Source: Candidatus Levyibacteriota bacterium
GTDB lineage: Bacteria > Patescibacteriota > Microgenomatia > Levybacterales > UBA12049
NCBI GenBank assembly: GCA_052034235.1
Contig: JBPOIT010000007.1
Coordinates: forward strand, 22,234 to 86,233
Reading direction: 5' to 3'
Length of the DNA: 64,000 bases
The notes under the pieces were generated by a model. That model searched no databases. It was given only the letters and a program-made list of their open reading frames with translations, and was not told where the DNA came from. A program made the position numbers and the translations under genes. Positions within the stretch are counted from its first letter, which is position 1. Each line of letters opens with the position of its first letter. This document shows, piece after piece, positions 48,115 through 58,559 of this stretch.

Positions 48115-50388
48115 ATGAAATTATCAGACAATGAAAAACGAGACATTATTAAGTATCTTGAATCTGGGAAACCCCTTCCAGATAAATACAGATTCCTCCT
48201 CTTCGATGATGACCATGAAGTAGAACTGGTTTGGAATGGTAAAACAAACGAAATCTCCAATATTGTACTACCTTTTCAGACGATAGAACATATTGATGAA
48301 CCAAGAAGCGATGAATCAATCCGGATGCAGAAATCCCTTTTTGATATGTCTGGCCGTCAGATTGAAGGTTGGACAAATAAGCTCATTTGGGGCGATAACA
48401 AACTAATTCTGTCCTCACTCAAAAATGGCCCTCTTAGAAAAGAAATAGAAGCTCAAGGCGGTATAAAACTTATTTATATTGATCCTCCTTTTGATGTAGG
48501 CGCAGACTTTTCTATTGATGTTCAAATTGGTGAGGAAGAATTTATAAAGAAACCATCAGTAATTGAAGAAGTTGCATTTAGAGATACATGGGGTAAAGGT
48601 GTAGATAGTTTTATTGCAATGATTTATGAACGATTGCAATTAATGCACGATCTTTTAGCTGAAGATGGAAGTATTTATATTCACTGCGATGGTCGCGTGA
48701 GCGCATATCTTAAGCTTTGTCTTGATGAAATATTTGGAGCAGACAATAAAATGGCAGAGATAATTTGGAAAAGAAGTTCTGCTCATAATGATAGTAATTC
48801 TTATGGCACGATACATGACACAATTCATTTTTATACTAAAACAGATTTGAATATTTGGAATCCCACCTACGTTGAATACGACCAAGATTATATTGACCAA
48901 TATTATAGATATAAAGATCCTGATGGAAGAAAATGGTTGTCTCGCGACTGTAGTGCTCCTGGAGGGCGAGGGCCGAGATATGAATGGAATGGACATATTC
49001 GAAACTGGCGATACACCAAAGTTAAGATGCAAGAGCTTCATGATGCTGGGAAATTATTTTATACATCAAATGGTATACCTCGCTTTAAGCAGTATATGGA
49101 TGAGATGCCAGGTGTGCCCTCACAAAGTTTATGGATAGACAAAAGTGTTCAAGCAATTAATTCGTGGCATCAAGAAAATGAAGCTTACCCCACACAAAAA
49201 CCAGAAGGACTTTTAGAGCGAATTATAAAAGCGAGTAGTAATGAAAATGATATTGTGGCTGACTTTTTTGTTGGATCGGGAACAACATTGGCTGTCGCAG
49301 AAAAATTAGGTAGAAAATGGATAGGTTCTGATTTAGGAAGATTTTCAATGCACACTACCCGCAAAAGAATGATTAAAGTTCAAAGAGAGCTTAAGAAAGC
49401 AGGTAAAGATTTCAGAGCTTTTGAGATCCTAAATTTAGGAAAATATGAACGGGAACAGTTTATTGGGAAAAACGACAATCTAAGAGAAGAAGACCGACAA
49501 TTGCAGCAGCAAAAGAAAGAACAAGAATTTATAAAATTGATTCTATCAGCTTACAAAGCAGAGGCTGTTGATTCATTTTTAACTATGGTTGGTAAAAAAA
49601 GAGATCGTCTTGTAGCAATCGGACCAATAAATTTTCCTGTTACTGCAGAATTCTTACATCAAGTCGTTACAGAGTGTATAGAGAAGAATATCACTAAAGT
49701 AGATGTGCTTGGGTTTGATTGGGAAATGGGTCTTGAAGTAGATCAATTTAAGAATCAAGGAGTTGATCTTCAGCTTAGAGTAATTCCAAGAGAAGTATTT
49801 GATAAGCGAGCAGTTGAAAAAGGACAAGTTAAATTTTATGAGGTAGCTTTTATTGAAGTTAAGCCCATTATAAAAAAGAATACTATCGCGGTTCAGTTAA
49901 TGGATTTTAGCGTCTTTTATAACCAAGATGATTCAGGTGAAATCGAAGAAAAATTAAAATCAGGTGGTTCTAAAGTTGTTGTCGAGAACGGTCAAGTGAT
50001 TAAGCTTAGTAAAGATAAAGGATCTGAGATTGTTAATCGAGAAGTATTAACAACTAAATGGACAGATTGGGTTGATTATTGGGCTGTTGATTTTAATTTT
50101 GAAAGTAAGAAAGAGTTCATTAGGAAAGCTAAAGATTTCGATATATCTCAACCAAAACTTGATGGTACCGAAGATCCAACACAAACAAAATTCCCTGAGT
50201 ATGAAGAATTATGGACTGGTAGTTATATTTTTGAAAATGAATGGCAATCATTTAGATCTCAAAAAGATAGAAATTTGGAATTAACTACAGTATTTAAAGA
50301 AGTCTCAAGAGGAACTTTAAAGATTGCAGTTAAAGTCGTTGATATTTTTGGTAACGATACAACAAAGGTGATTGAAGTTACAGTTTAA
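48115..50388 (+). CDS. mod: Type III restriction-modification system methyltransferase (Mod; N6-adenine/N4-cytosine, beta class)
   Basis: Motif IV LIYIDPPFD precedes motif I FFVGSGTTLAVAEKLGRKWIGSD (beta-class order). 757 aa, followed directly by a DEAH helicase-nuclease. Confidence 0.75.
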   Translation: MKLSDNEKRDIIKYLESGKPLPDKYRFLLFDDDHEVELVWNGKTNEISNIVLPFQTIEHIDEPRSDESIRMQKSLFDMSGRQIEGWTNKLIWGDNKLILSSLKNGPLRKEIEAQGGIKLIYIDPPFDVGADFSIDVQIGEEEFIKKPSVIEEVAFRDTWGKGVDSFIAMIYERLQLMHDLLAEDGSIYIHCDGRVSAYLKLCLDEIFGADNKMAEIIWKRSSAHNDSNSYGTIHDTIHFYTKTDLNIWNPTYVEYDQDYIDQYYRYKDPDGRKWLSRDCSAPGGRGPRYEWNGHIRNWRYTKVKMQELHDAGKLFYTSNGIPRFKQYMDEMPGVPSQSLWIDKSVQAINSWHQENEAYPTQKPEGLLERIIKASSNENDIVADFFVGSGTTLAVAEKLGRKWIGSDLGRFSMHTTRKRMIKVQRELKKAGKDFRAFEILNLGKYEREQFIGKNDNLREEDRQLQQQKKEQEFIKLILSAYKAEAVDSFLTMVGKKRDRLVAIGPINFPVTAEFLHQVVTECIEKNITKVDVLGFDWEMGLEVDQFKNQGVDLQLRVIPREVFDKRAVEKGQVKFYEVAFIEVKPIIKKNTIAVQLMDFSVFYNQDDSGEIEEKLKSGGSKVVVENGQVIKLSKDKGSEIVNREVLTTKWTDWVDYWAVDFNFESKKEFIRKAKDFDISQPKLDGTEDPTQTKFPEYEELWTGSYIFENEWQSFRSQKDRNLELTTVFKEVSRGTLKIAVKVVDIFGNDTTKVIEVTV

Positions 50389-50393
50389 AAATT

Positions 50394-53078
50394 ATGGCAT
50401 TACATAAAGATTTTCCAATCGATCCATACGCAATTTTAGATCCAAATATAAGATGGTTTCCTGCTGTCGAGGATTTAAGAGAAAAAGGTGGATATGAGCG
50501 GCTTTTGCCTCCATTTATTTCGGAACTTCGAAAAAGAGTAAAAGAATGGAGGGACAACGACTATGCTGAAGCTAGTGAAACTTCAAAAGCGCTTTTAAAT
50601 TGGTGGTTTAAAGAAGAACATACGATTTTTGATAAAAATGGCATGTCCACTCCATTTAAGTATTATTTCTCTCAAAGAGAAGCCGTTGAAACAGTTATCT
50701 GGTTATACGATGTTGCAAAGGTTAAAAGTAAATACGATTTAATTAAATTCGATTCATTGGGAAGAGTCAGTCCTAATATGTTTAATGAGGATTGGTTAAG
50801 ATTCGTTATTAAAATGGCAACAGGAAGCGGGAAAACAAAAGTAATGAGTTTGATTTTGGCATGGGCATACTTCCACAAACTCTATGAGAAGGACTCAAAA
50901 TTAGCTCGTAATTTCTTACTTATAACTCCAAATATTATCGTACTTGAAAGAATAAAAACAGACTTCTTAGGTTTAAAGATATTTCATGAAGATCCAATAC
51001 TACCTGATAATGGATATTCCGGACAGAATTGGCAAGACGATTTTCAATTGACCTTACACTTACAAGATGAGATCGGTTCTATATCTCCTACCGGGAATAT
51101 ATTTTTAACAAATATTCATCGAGTTTTTGAAGGCAATATAGAAGAATCTAGTCCCGATGATGAGGATAGTACAACATATTTTCTTGGTCCAAAACCTGTT
51201 AACAAGACAAATGATTCAAGAGTAGATTTAAGTTCGATTATTCGTGAAATCGATGAATTAATAGTTATTAATGACGAAGCTCACCACATTCATGACGAGA
51301 AGTTAGCTTGGTTTAAATCAATTCAGGACATTCACAATAAACTTAAATTAAAAAATGGAGAACTAGCACTACAGATTGATGTAACTGCCACACCTAAACA
51401 TAACAATGGCGCAATTTTTGTTCAAGTAGTATCTGACTATCCGCTTGTAGAAGCGATTCACCAACGAGTTGTAAAAAATCCCGTATTGCCAGATCAAGCT
51501 AGCAGAGCAAAGCTAAAAGAGAATCAAAGCTCTCTATTTACTGAGAAATACGAAGATTACATAAACTTGGGAGTTATCGAGTGGAAAAAGACCTATGAAG
51601 AATTATTAAAAGCTGGTAAAAAGTCGATTTTATTTATAATGACAGATGACACAAAAAACTGTGATGAGGTGGCTGAATATTTGGAGAGAACATATGCTGA
51701 ATTTAAGGGTGCGGTTTTGACAATTCACACAAATAAAAGCGGTGAAATATCAGAGACTATTCAAGGAAAAGATGAAAAAGAATTGGTAAAGCTTAGGGAA
51801 CAAGCAAATGCAATAGATAGTAACGAAAGTCCTTTTAAAGCGATTATTTCTGTATTGATGCTTAAAGAGGGTTGGGATGTAAAAAACGTTACAACAATTG
51901 TTGGGTTGAGAGCATATTCCTCTACTGCAAATATATTGCCGGAGCAAACATTAGGTCGAGGTTTAAGAAGGATGTTTTTTGGAAGAGATGATCTGGCAGA
52001 GTACGTAAGCATTATTGGTACGCCTGCATTTATGGATTTCGTTGAGTCCATTAAAGGAGAAGGTGTTATTTTGGAAAAGCGCGCAATGGATATAGGAGCA
52101 AAGCCTATTACTCCGGTTGTTATTGAAGTTGATAAAGAAAATGTTAAGAAAGATATTGAAAAACTCGATATTGAACTGCCTATTCTTACTCCAAGAATTC
52201 AGAGAGAGTACAAAAATCTCTCAAAGCTAGATGTTTCAAGCTTTCCTCATAAAAAAATGCCGGTAAAACAATTTAGTGATAAGGAGAAAAAGGAAATAAT
52301 TTTTAAAGAAGTTATCGCGGACAAGCTTCACCACACAACTGTTTTAGATACAAATATTGAACCTAGTTATCAAAGTGCCGTTGGGTTTTTTGCTCAAACG
52401 ATAATGAGAGAACTGCGGCTATTTGGCTGCTACGATATTTTATTTGGACAGGTAAAAGAGTTTGTGAGTAATTACTTATTCGAGACTGCAGTAAATTTGG
52501 ATGATTTAAATATTCTTCGCAATTTATCTGAGCCTGAAGTAACGAAAACCATAACAGAAGTATTCAAAAAGGAAATTAACGATCTCACAATCGAAGATAA
52601 AGGGGATGCTGAGATAAAAAATTACATAAAAATCAGTAATTGTAGGCCATTTGTTGTTAACGACAACGCTTATCTCTTACCGAAGAAGAGCATTTTTAAT
52701 AAAATTGTTGGCGATAGTCATTTTGAGCTTGAATTTGCTGATTTTCTTGAAAGTTGTGAGGACATATTGTCATTTGCTAAAAACTACTTTGAAATACATT
52801 TCAAAATTGATTATAAAAACTCCGATGGATCAATCTCTTATTACTATCCTGATTTCTTTGTAAAAAAAGATAATAAAACTGTTTATATTATCGAAACAAA
52901 AGGCAGAGAAGATCTTGATGATCCAATTAAGATAGCTCGTTTGGCTCAGTGGTGCAATGATGCAAATGGAAGACAAAGCAAGATACAGTACGAAATGTTA
53001 TATGTTAAGGAAGATGAATGGAATAAATATAAACCGAAAGATTTTACCGAGTTGGTTAAAATTTACAAATCTGAATAA
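50394..53078 (+). CDS. res: Type III restriction enzyme Res subunit (SF2 helicase + nuclease)
   Basis: Walker A MATGSGKTKV, DEAH box VINDEAHHIHD, helicase motif VI-like region; 894 aa. C-terminal IIETKGRED resembles a PD-(D/E)XK motif. Confidence 0.75.
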   Translation: MALHKDFPIDPYAILDPNIRWFPAVEDLREKGGYERLLPPFISELRKRVKEWRDNDYAEASETSKALLNWWFKEEHTIFDKNGMSTPFKYYFSQREAVETVIWLYDVAKVKSKYDLIKFDSLGRVSPNMFNEDWLRFVIKMATGSGKTKVMSLILAWAYFHKLYEKDSKLARNFLLITPNIIVLERIKTDFLGLKIFHEDPILPDNGYSGQNWQDDFQLTLHLQDEIGSISPTGNIFLTNIHRVFEGNIEESSPDDEDSTTYFLGPKPVNKTNDSRVDLSSIIREIDELIVINDEAHHIHDEKLAWFKSIQDIHNKLKLKNGELALQIDVTATPKHNNGAIFVQVVSDYPLVEAIHQRVVKNPVLPDQASRAKLKENQSSLFTEKYEDYINLGVIEWKKTYEELLKAGKKSILFIMTDDTKNCDEVAEYLERTYAEFKGAVLTIHTNKSGEISETIQGKDEKELVKLREQANAIDSNESPFKAIISVLMLKEGWDVKNVTTIVGLRAYSSTANILPEQTLGRGLRRMFFGRDDLAEYVSIIGTPAFMDFVESIKGEGVILEKRAMDIGAKPITPVVIEVDKENVKKDIEKLDIELPILTPRIQREYKNLSKLDVSSFPHKKMPVKQFSDKEKKEIIFKEVIADKLHHTTVLDTNIEPSYQSAVGFFAQTIMRELRLFGCYDILFGQVKEFVSNYLFETAVNLDDLNILRNLSEPEVTKTITEVFKKEINDLTIEDKGDAEIKNYIKISNCRPFVVNDNAYLLPKKSIFNKIVGDSHFELEFADFLESCEDILSFAKNYFEIHFKIDYKNSDGSISYYYPDFFVKKDNKTVYIIETKGREDLDDPIKIARLAQWCNDANGRQSKIQYEMLYVKEDEWNKYKPKDFTELVKIYKSE

Positions 53079-53746
53079 TGATAAAACTATCACGATCAAA
53101 AATTGAGTTACTTTTCGACTGCCCTCGTTGCTTTTGGTTTTATGCCGGAAAAAGCATTGCCCGCCCGTTTGGTGCTCCTTACACAATAAATAATGCGGTA
53201 GATTTTATCCTTAAAAAGGAATTTGATGTCCATAGAGCCAATGGAACTGCTCACTATCTAATTGTAAGGGATGGAATTGATGCAATTCCATATATGCACG
53301 AAGATATTGATAAATGGAGACACAACTTTACAGGTATTCAATTTCACCACCAAGAGACAGATTTCCTTGTTTTTGGAGCAGTTGATGATATATGGGTCGA
53401 TTCCCAGGGAAATCTCATTGTGGTGGATTACAAAGCCTCTGGGGCTAAAGAAGGAGAGCTTTACGATAGTTATAAAAGACAGATGGAAATTTACCAATGG
53501 ATACTAAGACAAAATGGATTTAAGGTGCAAAATCGTGGGTATTTCGTATATTGCCGAGTAAATAAAGAGAATGGGTTTCCAGAGGGTAAACTTAGCTTCG
53601 ATATTAAACTTCAGCCATATGATGGTGATGATAGTTGGGTTACAAATAAGATCTTCGAAGCAAAAAAGATATTGGATGGAAAAATGCCTGATAGCTCCGA
53701 GGCGTGCACATATTGCAAGTATGTTAAATCTCTTCAGATCGATTAA
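53078..53746 (+). CDS. Cas4-like PD-(D/E)XK nuclease with N- and C-terminal Cys pairs
   Basis: CPRCFW near the N-terminus and CTYCKY at the C-terminus flank VDD...VVDYKAS (D...D-x-K). Start overlaps the res stop. Confidence 0.5.
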   Translation: MIKLSRSKIELLFDCPRCFWFYAGKSIARPFGAPYTINNAVDFILKKEFDVHRANGTAHYLIVRDGIDAIPYMHEDIDKWRHNFTGIQFHHQETDFLVFGAVDDIWVDSQGNLIVVDYKASGAKEGELYDSYKRQMEIYQWILRQNGFKVQNRGYFVYCRVNKENGFPEGKLSFDIKLQPYDGDDSWVTNKIFEAKKILDGKMPDSSEACTYCKYVKSLQID

Positions 53747-53772
53747 AGCTATAAAAAGGAAAGGAAACCCTC

Positions 53773-56700
53773 ATGCCAAGTAGGGTTGATTACTCTATAC
53801 CTCCTCCGACTAATTGGGAGGCTTTTGAGAGCCTCTGCCGTGATTTATGGGCAGAAATTTGGAATGATACCAATACTCAAAAGAATGGAAGACAAAGCCA
53901 ACCTCAACATGGAGTCGATGTTTATGGTGAACCGAAAAAAAGTCAGTGGGCAGGCTTACAGGCTAAAGAGAAAGATCAACTTCCAGCAAAAACTCTTACG
54001 ATCACTGAGCTTCGGGCTGAAGTTAAAAAGGCAAAGAGTTTTACACCCGCACTAAAAGAGTATGTCGTAGCAACCACTGGTCCCAGAGATGTAAATGTTC
54101 AAGAGGAAGCAAGAAAAATAACAGAGGAAAATCGTAAGAGCGGGTTATTTGATGTGGTTGTTTATAGCTGGGAAGATATTGAGGCACTTCTTAAGAAATA
54201 TCAGAATGTTTATAGACTCCACTATCCTCAACATTTCCCTGATTTAGAAGGTGTAGAATCCCTAACTAAGCAAGTATTAGATAAACAAGATGAAAATTTT
54301 GAAAAGTCTTCAGAAGAAATTAGTGGTCTGAAATTTGAAGTAGGTAGTGGATTTAAACATTTAGCTGACCAAATGTCTGTAGGTGGCGATGTTACCCAAG
54401 AACATCAAGTAGAGATAGACTATGCAAGAGATTTAATTGATAAGCATAAACCTGCTTCAGCTTTAAGTTATTTAGAACCGATAAAAGATCGTATCTGGAA
54501 TCAGACAACTCCAAGTGTGAAATTCCGACTTCTCACTAATATCGCTGCAGCAAAACTTGAATTGGGCGAGGAGAAAGATGCTGCTCAATTATTCATTGAA
54601 GCATTGCAATACAACCCCGATGAGGAAAAAGCATTATGTAATGTTGCACTTGCATATATTCTCCTTGATAAGCCTGATAAAGCTGAAGAATATGTCAAAA
54701 AAGTATTACTAAAAAATCAAGCAAGTGGGCGTGGATATTCAATGCTAATTCAGATTCGTTCTGACGCTTCAGTCCCTGTCGAAAAAATTATTAGTGAGAT
54801 ACCTTCTGAATATCACGACCTACCGGTGGTTGCCTACGCATTAGGAACGGTGTGCAGGAGAAGTCAGCACTTCAAAGAAGCACTTGAATGGTTTAAAAAG
54901 GCTGGGACTGCAAAAAATAAGGAACCAGAATATTTAGTTTCTCAAGCAACTACTCTCCTTGCATCTATTTCCACAAACATGCACTTGTCTTTCTCTAAAA
55001 GATTGACAAAGGATGAGCATGAAAAAGTAATAGAGGCTGTCGGTTTGTTTGAGCAAGCTTGGGAAGAAATAAAATCACACGAAGATAAAAGTCTAAAAAT
55101 TGAGTGTCTAACCAATAAAGGTATTTCATACATGTTACTTGGTGATACTCAAAAAGCAGCGATAAGTTTTGACGATGCTCTTGTTATGGAGCCGGATAAC
55201 CCAAGCTACATTTTCAACAGAGCATTTATTGATTATGAATCGGGTAAGAAGGATCTTGCTTTAGAGAGAATAAAAAAAATAGCTGAAAACCCCGAACTTC
55301 CAGCCGCCATTTTAATTGGTGATATATATCTGAGTAGCAGCAACAGTAATCCAGAAATATTACGCAAAGAGGCTCTTCCCGTAGTTGAAAAGTACATAAA
55401 ACTTAATCCACCACCTTTCTTAAGAGGTGCAGCTGAAAGATTATTAATTCAGCTGAATGTAGCATTAAACCAACTAAAGGAAGCTGCTGAAATCGCTGAT
55501 GAGTTAGTAAAACGAAATCCTAAGGATATAAATTCGCTTGTGAGTCAGTCCAGAATATACAGATTACTTAAGGATGAAAAAAAAGCTGATGAAAGCCTTT
55601 CAGCAGCAGAAAAACTTGTAGACAAAGATACGACATATTTTGATCTGCTAGCTTTAGCTGATGAATATAATTTCGTAGGTAAATTTGGTAAAGCATCAAC
55701 TTTTTATGAGAGGGTTACGGATATTAAAGTCGATAGTGAAATAACTAGGCGATTGATCGATACATATCTTAAATCAGGAAATAATCAAAAAGCGCTTTCT
55801 GTTTGTAAATCGATAAGAGAGAATCAAGGCTTAATCAGAGAGGTTATTGAACTTGAAGCCACACTTCATGAAGATATTGGAGATCTCGAAAATGCAACAA
55901 AATTGTGCGAAGAATATCTTAAGGAAAACCCAAATGACGAGAGAGTAAAGTTACACCTTGCTGCTATTAACTTCAGGAACCAAAAACTAAATCAGGTTGA
56001 TGAATTTTTAAAAACACCTTTTGATTATGAAAACTTATCTTTAAGGTATCGCATTCAGTATGCTCAACTGTTAGGAATTAGAGGATTTAATAAAGAAGCA
56101 ATAAATGTAATGTATGAAACGAGACGAAAATATTTCGATCAAAGTGAAGCACACTTACAATATATCACCACGCTCTTCAGAACCGAAGAGAGAGATGATA
56201 AATGGATTCATCCGGATGCAATTTCTGAAGGAACCGCCGCATTGTTAGAAGACAAAAATGGTACGAAAGTTTGGTATCTCATAGAAGATAGAGCCGATGC
56301 AGATTTTGCCAAAAATGAACTGAAGCCTCAACATTCCCTTGCCCAGAGAATGATCGGAAAAAAGATCGGTGATGAAGTTGAATTAGTATCCTCTGGTCCT
56401 CAAAAAAAGTACGGAAAAGTTGTAGAGATAAAAAGCAAATATATTTACGCTTTGCATAACAGCATGAATTCTTATCAAAAAATGTTTCCGGAAGCTGATG
56501 GACTATATGAAATTGATTTAAAAAGTGGAGAAACTGGAGAAATCGAAAAAAAAGATCTGGAAATACTTTTTAAGCAAGTAGATCAACAACACGAACGTTA
56601 TTCTAAAGTGATGAAACTGTATACAGAAGGGCATCTGACAGTTGGAGCTTTATCTAAGATGTTGAGCAGGAATGAGGTTGAAGCTTGGGGTTTATTAACA

Positions 56701-57702
56701 AGTCAGGAAGAACCAGGATTAAAATGCTGTATTGGCGATGTTAATTTAAGAAGAAGCGCACAAACAAGCCTAAATACCAATCCAAAACCCAAGATAGTTA
56801 TTGATGTTCTAGCTCTTCTTACGATTCATGGTTTGGAAGGCGCAGATATTGTAGTGAAACATTATGGAAAATTCCTAATCTCTCAGTCCACGATTGATGT
56901 TTTTAATGAGTTAGTGACCAATTGTAAGGGAATGCAGGCAAAAGGATTTATGAGTGTAGGTAAACAAGGCGATCAATATGTAAAAGAAGAAATTACTGCA
57001 GATCAACTAAAGAAAAATTCAGAATATCTCAAGGGTATTTTGGCGTGGATTAAAAAGAATTGTGTAATTACTCCTTGCCATGAAGCATTAAAACTAGATG
57101 CAGATAAGAGAGAAGAGTTATATAAACTTTTTGGTATTTCATCTATCGACAGTATTTTAATTGCTAAGCAGGAAGATGCACTTCTTTATTCAGATGATGA
57201 AAGATTACGATCATTTGCTCTTGGTTCGTATAGTGTCCAGGGAGTATGGACACAAGCTGTTATAGAGAATTTACTTAATTTGGGTATTATCAGTAACGAA
57301 AAATATCAAGATTTCGTAATACGCTTGGTCAATTCTAATTATGTTTTTACGAGTATTAACTCTGATACTTTGATTGAAGCTACAAAACAGTCTCAGTGGA
57401 AGCCGGATAGAAATTTTATGAAAATGGTAAGTTTGTTGAATGGAAAAAAGTGTGATGACATACCTGCAATAATTGTCGTCTCTGACTATATTCAAAAACT
57501 AATTAATCAACCAATATTTATTGATGATCCTAAAAACATATGCTTTGTTGTTTTGGATAATGCTATTAAAGATAGGCTTAATAAGCCTGAATTTCTTCAG
57601 AGGTTGGAGATAAGACTTAATAAACTATTTATGCTGTCTCCGACAAAACTTTCTGAGGCTAAACTAATACTAGCTGCGTGGTTAAAAACTCAGATTGTGT
57701 AA
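53773..57702 (+). CDS. 1309-aa protein: N-terminal Mrr/restriction-endonuclease-like domain + very long TPR/helical-repeat region (candidate defence protein)
   Basis: N-terminal HGVDVYGE...AGLQAKEKD fits a D...(Q)xK PD-(D/E)XK pattern. Residues ~200-1000 are TPR-like (repeated A/L/Y/N/P helical hairpins). No P-loop was found. Confidence 0.45.
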   Translation: MPSRVDYSIPPPTNWEAFESLCRDLWAEIWNDTNTQKNGRQSQPQHGVDVYGEPKKSQWAGLQAKEKDQLPAKTLTITELRAEVKKAKSFTPALKEYVVATTGPRDVNVQEEARKITEENRKSGLFDVVVYSWEDIEALLKKYQNVYRLHYPQHFPDLEGVESLTKQVLDKQDENFEKSSEEISGLKFEVGSGFKHLADQMSVGGDVTQEHQVEIDYARDLIDKHKPASALSYLEPIKDRIWNQTTPSVKFRLLTNIAAAKLELGEEKDAAQLFIEALQYNPDEEKALCNVALAYILLDKPDKAEEYVKKVLLKNQASGRGYSMLIQIRSDASVPVEKIISEIPSEYHDLPVVAYALGTVCRRSQHFKEALEWFKKAGTAKNKEPEYLVSQATTLLASISTNMHLSFSKRLTKDEHEKVIEAVGLFEQAWEEIKSHEDKSLKIECLTNKGISYMLLGDTQKAAISFDDALVMEPDNPSYIFNRAFIDYESGKKDLALERIKKIAENPELPAAILIGDIYLSSSNSNPEILRKEALPVVEKYIKLNPPPFLRGAAERLLIQLNVALNQLKEAAEIADELVKRNPKDINSLVSQSRIYRLLKDEKKADESLSAAEKLVDKDTTYFDLLALADEYNFVGKFGKASTFYERVTDIKVDSEITRRLIDTYLKSGNNQKALSVCKSIRENQGLIREVIELEATLHEDIGDLENATKLCEEYLKENPNDERVKLHLAAINFRNQKLNQVDEFLKTPFDYENLSLRYRIQYAQLLGIRGFNKEAINVMYETRRKYFDQSEAHLQYITTLFRTEERDDKWIHPDAISEGTAALLEDKNGTKVWYLIEDRADADFAKNELKPQHSLAQRMIGKKIGDEVELVSSGPQKKYGKVVEIKSKYIYALHNSMNSYQKMFPEADGLYEIDLKSGETGEIEKKDLEILFKQVDQQHERYSKVMKLYTEGHLTVGALSKMLSRNEVEAWGLLTSQEEPGLKCCIGDVNLRRSAQTSLNTNPKPKIVIDVLALLTIHGLEGADIVVKHYGKFLISQSTIDVFNELVTNCKGMQAKGFMSVGKQGDQYVKEEITADQLKKNSEYLKGILAWIKKNCVITPCHEALKLDADKREELYKLFGISSIDSILIAKQEDALLYSDDERLRSFALGSYSVQGVWTQAVIENLLNLGIISNEKYQDFVIRLVNSNYVFTSINSDTLIEATKQSQWKPDRNFMKMVSLLNGKKCDDIPAIIVVSDYIQKLINQPIFIDDPKNICFVVLDNAIKDRLNKPEFLQRLEIRLNKLFMLSPTKLSEAKLILAAWLKTQIV

Positions 57703-57712
57703 AAATTAATTT

Positions 57713-58552
57713 ATGAATGACGAACAACAATTTAAACATAGATATTCACTACTAAAAATAGATGTAACTGATACTCTTCCTATTGCTGATTTTTTTGATG
57801 ACGATCATTATGTTGGATTTCAAAACAGCGACAATCTTGAAGAACTTTTAGATTTAGCGGTAGTTGGCTTTTGGAAGTTAAACCCAACAATGAAAACTTA
57901 TGAAGATTGGGAAACAAAAGCAGAAGATGGTGGTTTTGATTTTCAAATTACTGCAGGCAAACGGATTATTTTTAGATCAAGCTTATTGTTAGCTGATCCA
58001 AGAATTATGGGGGCAATTTATCTTGTTCGAGATTTCCATAGTGGTCAAGTACGCAAAGGCGATGGATTTCCGTACTTAGAACATCCTTTAGAAGTTGGAT
58101 ACCGTTTATGGAGAGATAAATTTCCGGGCGATGTTGTTGCTGCAGGATTTTGCCACGATCTTTTAGAAGATACTAAATGTACTGAGGATGAAATTAAAGA
58201 AAAATGCGGTGACGAGGTGTTGCGAATAGTCAAAGCTGTATCTAACGATGAGTCATTATCTGATAAGAAAGACTGGGAAAAGAAAAAAGAGAAATATATT
58301 ATGTCTGTCAAAAATGGTGGAGAAAAAGCAATAGCAGTAAGTATAGTAGATAAAATCAGTAATCTTTATTCTTTTTTTGATCAGTATGAGAAAGAAGGGC
58401 CAGCACTTTGGAAAAAGTTTAATAGGGGAAAAGACAAAAAGGTGTGGTTTGAAAAAGAAGTTATGAGCATGGCACGAAGCAACTGGAAACATCCATTACT
58501 TGATGAATTAGAAAAATTGATTTCTAAACTTGAGCAGACTCAGGCGGGCTAA
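57713..58552 (+). CDS. HD-domain (p)ppGpp-hydrolase-like protein (RelA/SpoT HD family, small alarmone hydrolase-like)
   Basis: HSGQVRKGDGFPYLEHPLEVG...AAGFCHDLLEDT matches the RelA/SpoT hydrolase HD signature (H...HD...D). Confidence 0.6.
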   Translation: MNDEQQFKHRYSLLKIDVTDTLPIADFFDDDHYVGFQNSDNLEELLDLAVVGFWKLNPTMKTYEDWETKAEDGGFDFQITAGKRIIFRSSLLLADPRIMGAIYLVRDFHSGQVRKGDGFPYLEHPLEVGYRLWRDKFPGDVVAAGFCHDLLEDTKCTEDEIKEKCGDEVLRIVKAVSNDESLSDKKDWEKKKEKYIMSVKNGGEKAIAVSIVDKISNLYSFFDQYEKEGPALWKKFNRGKDKKVWFEKEVMSMARSNWKHPLLDELEKLISKLEQTQAG

Positions 58553-58559
58553 TTATAAA

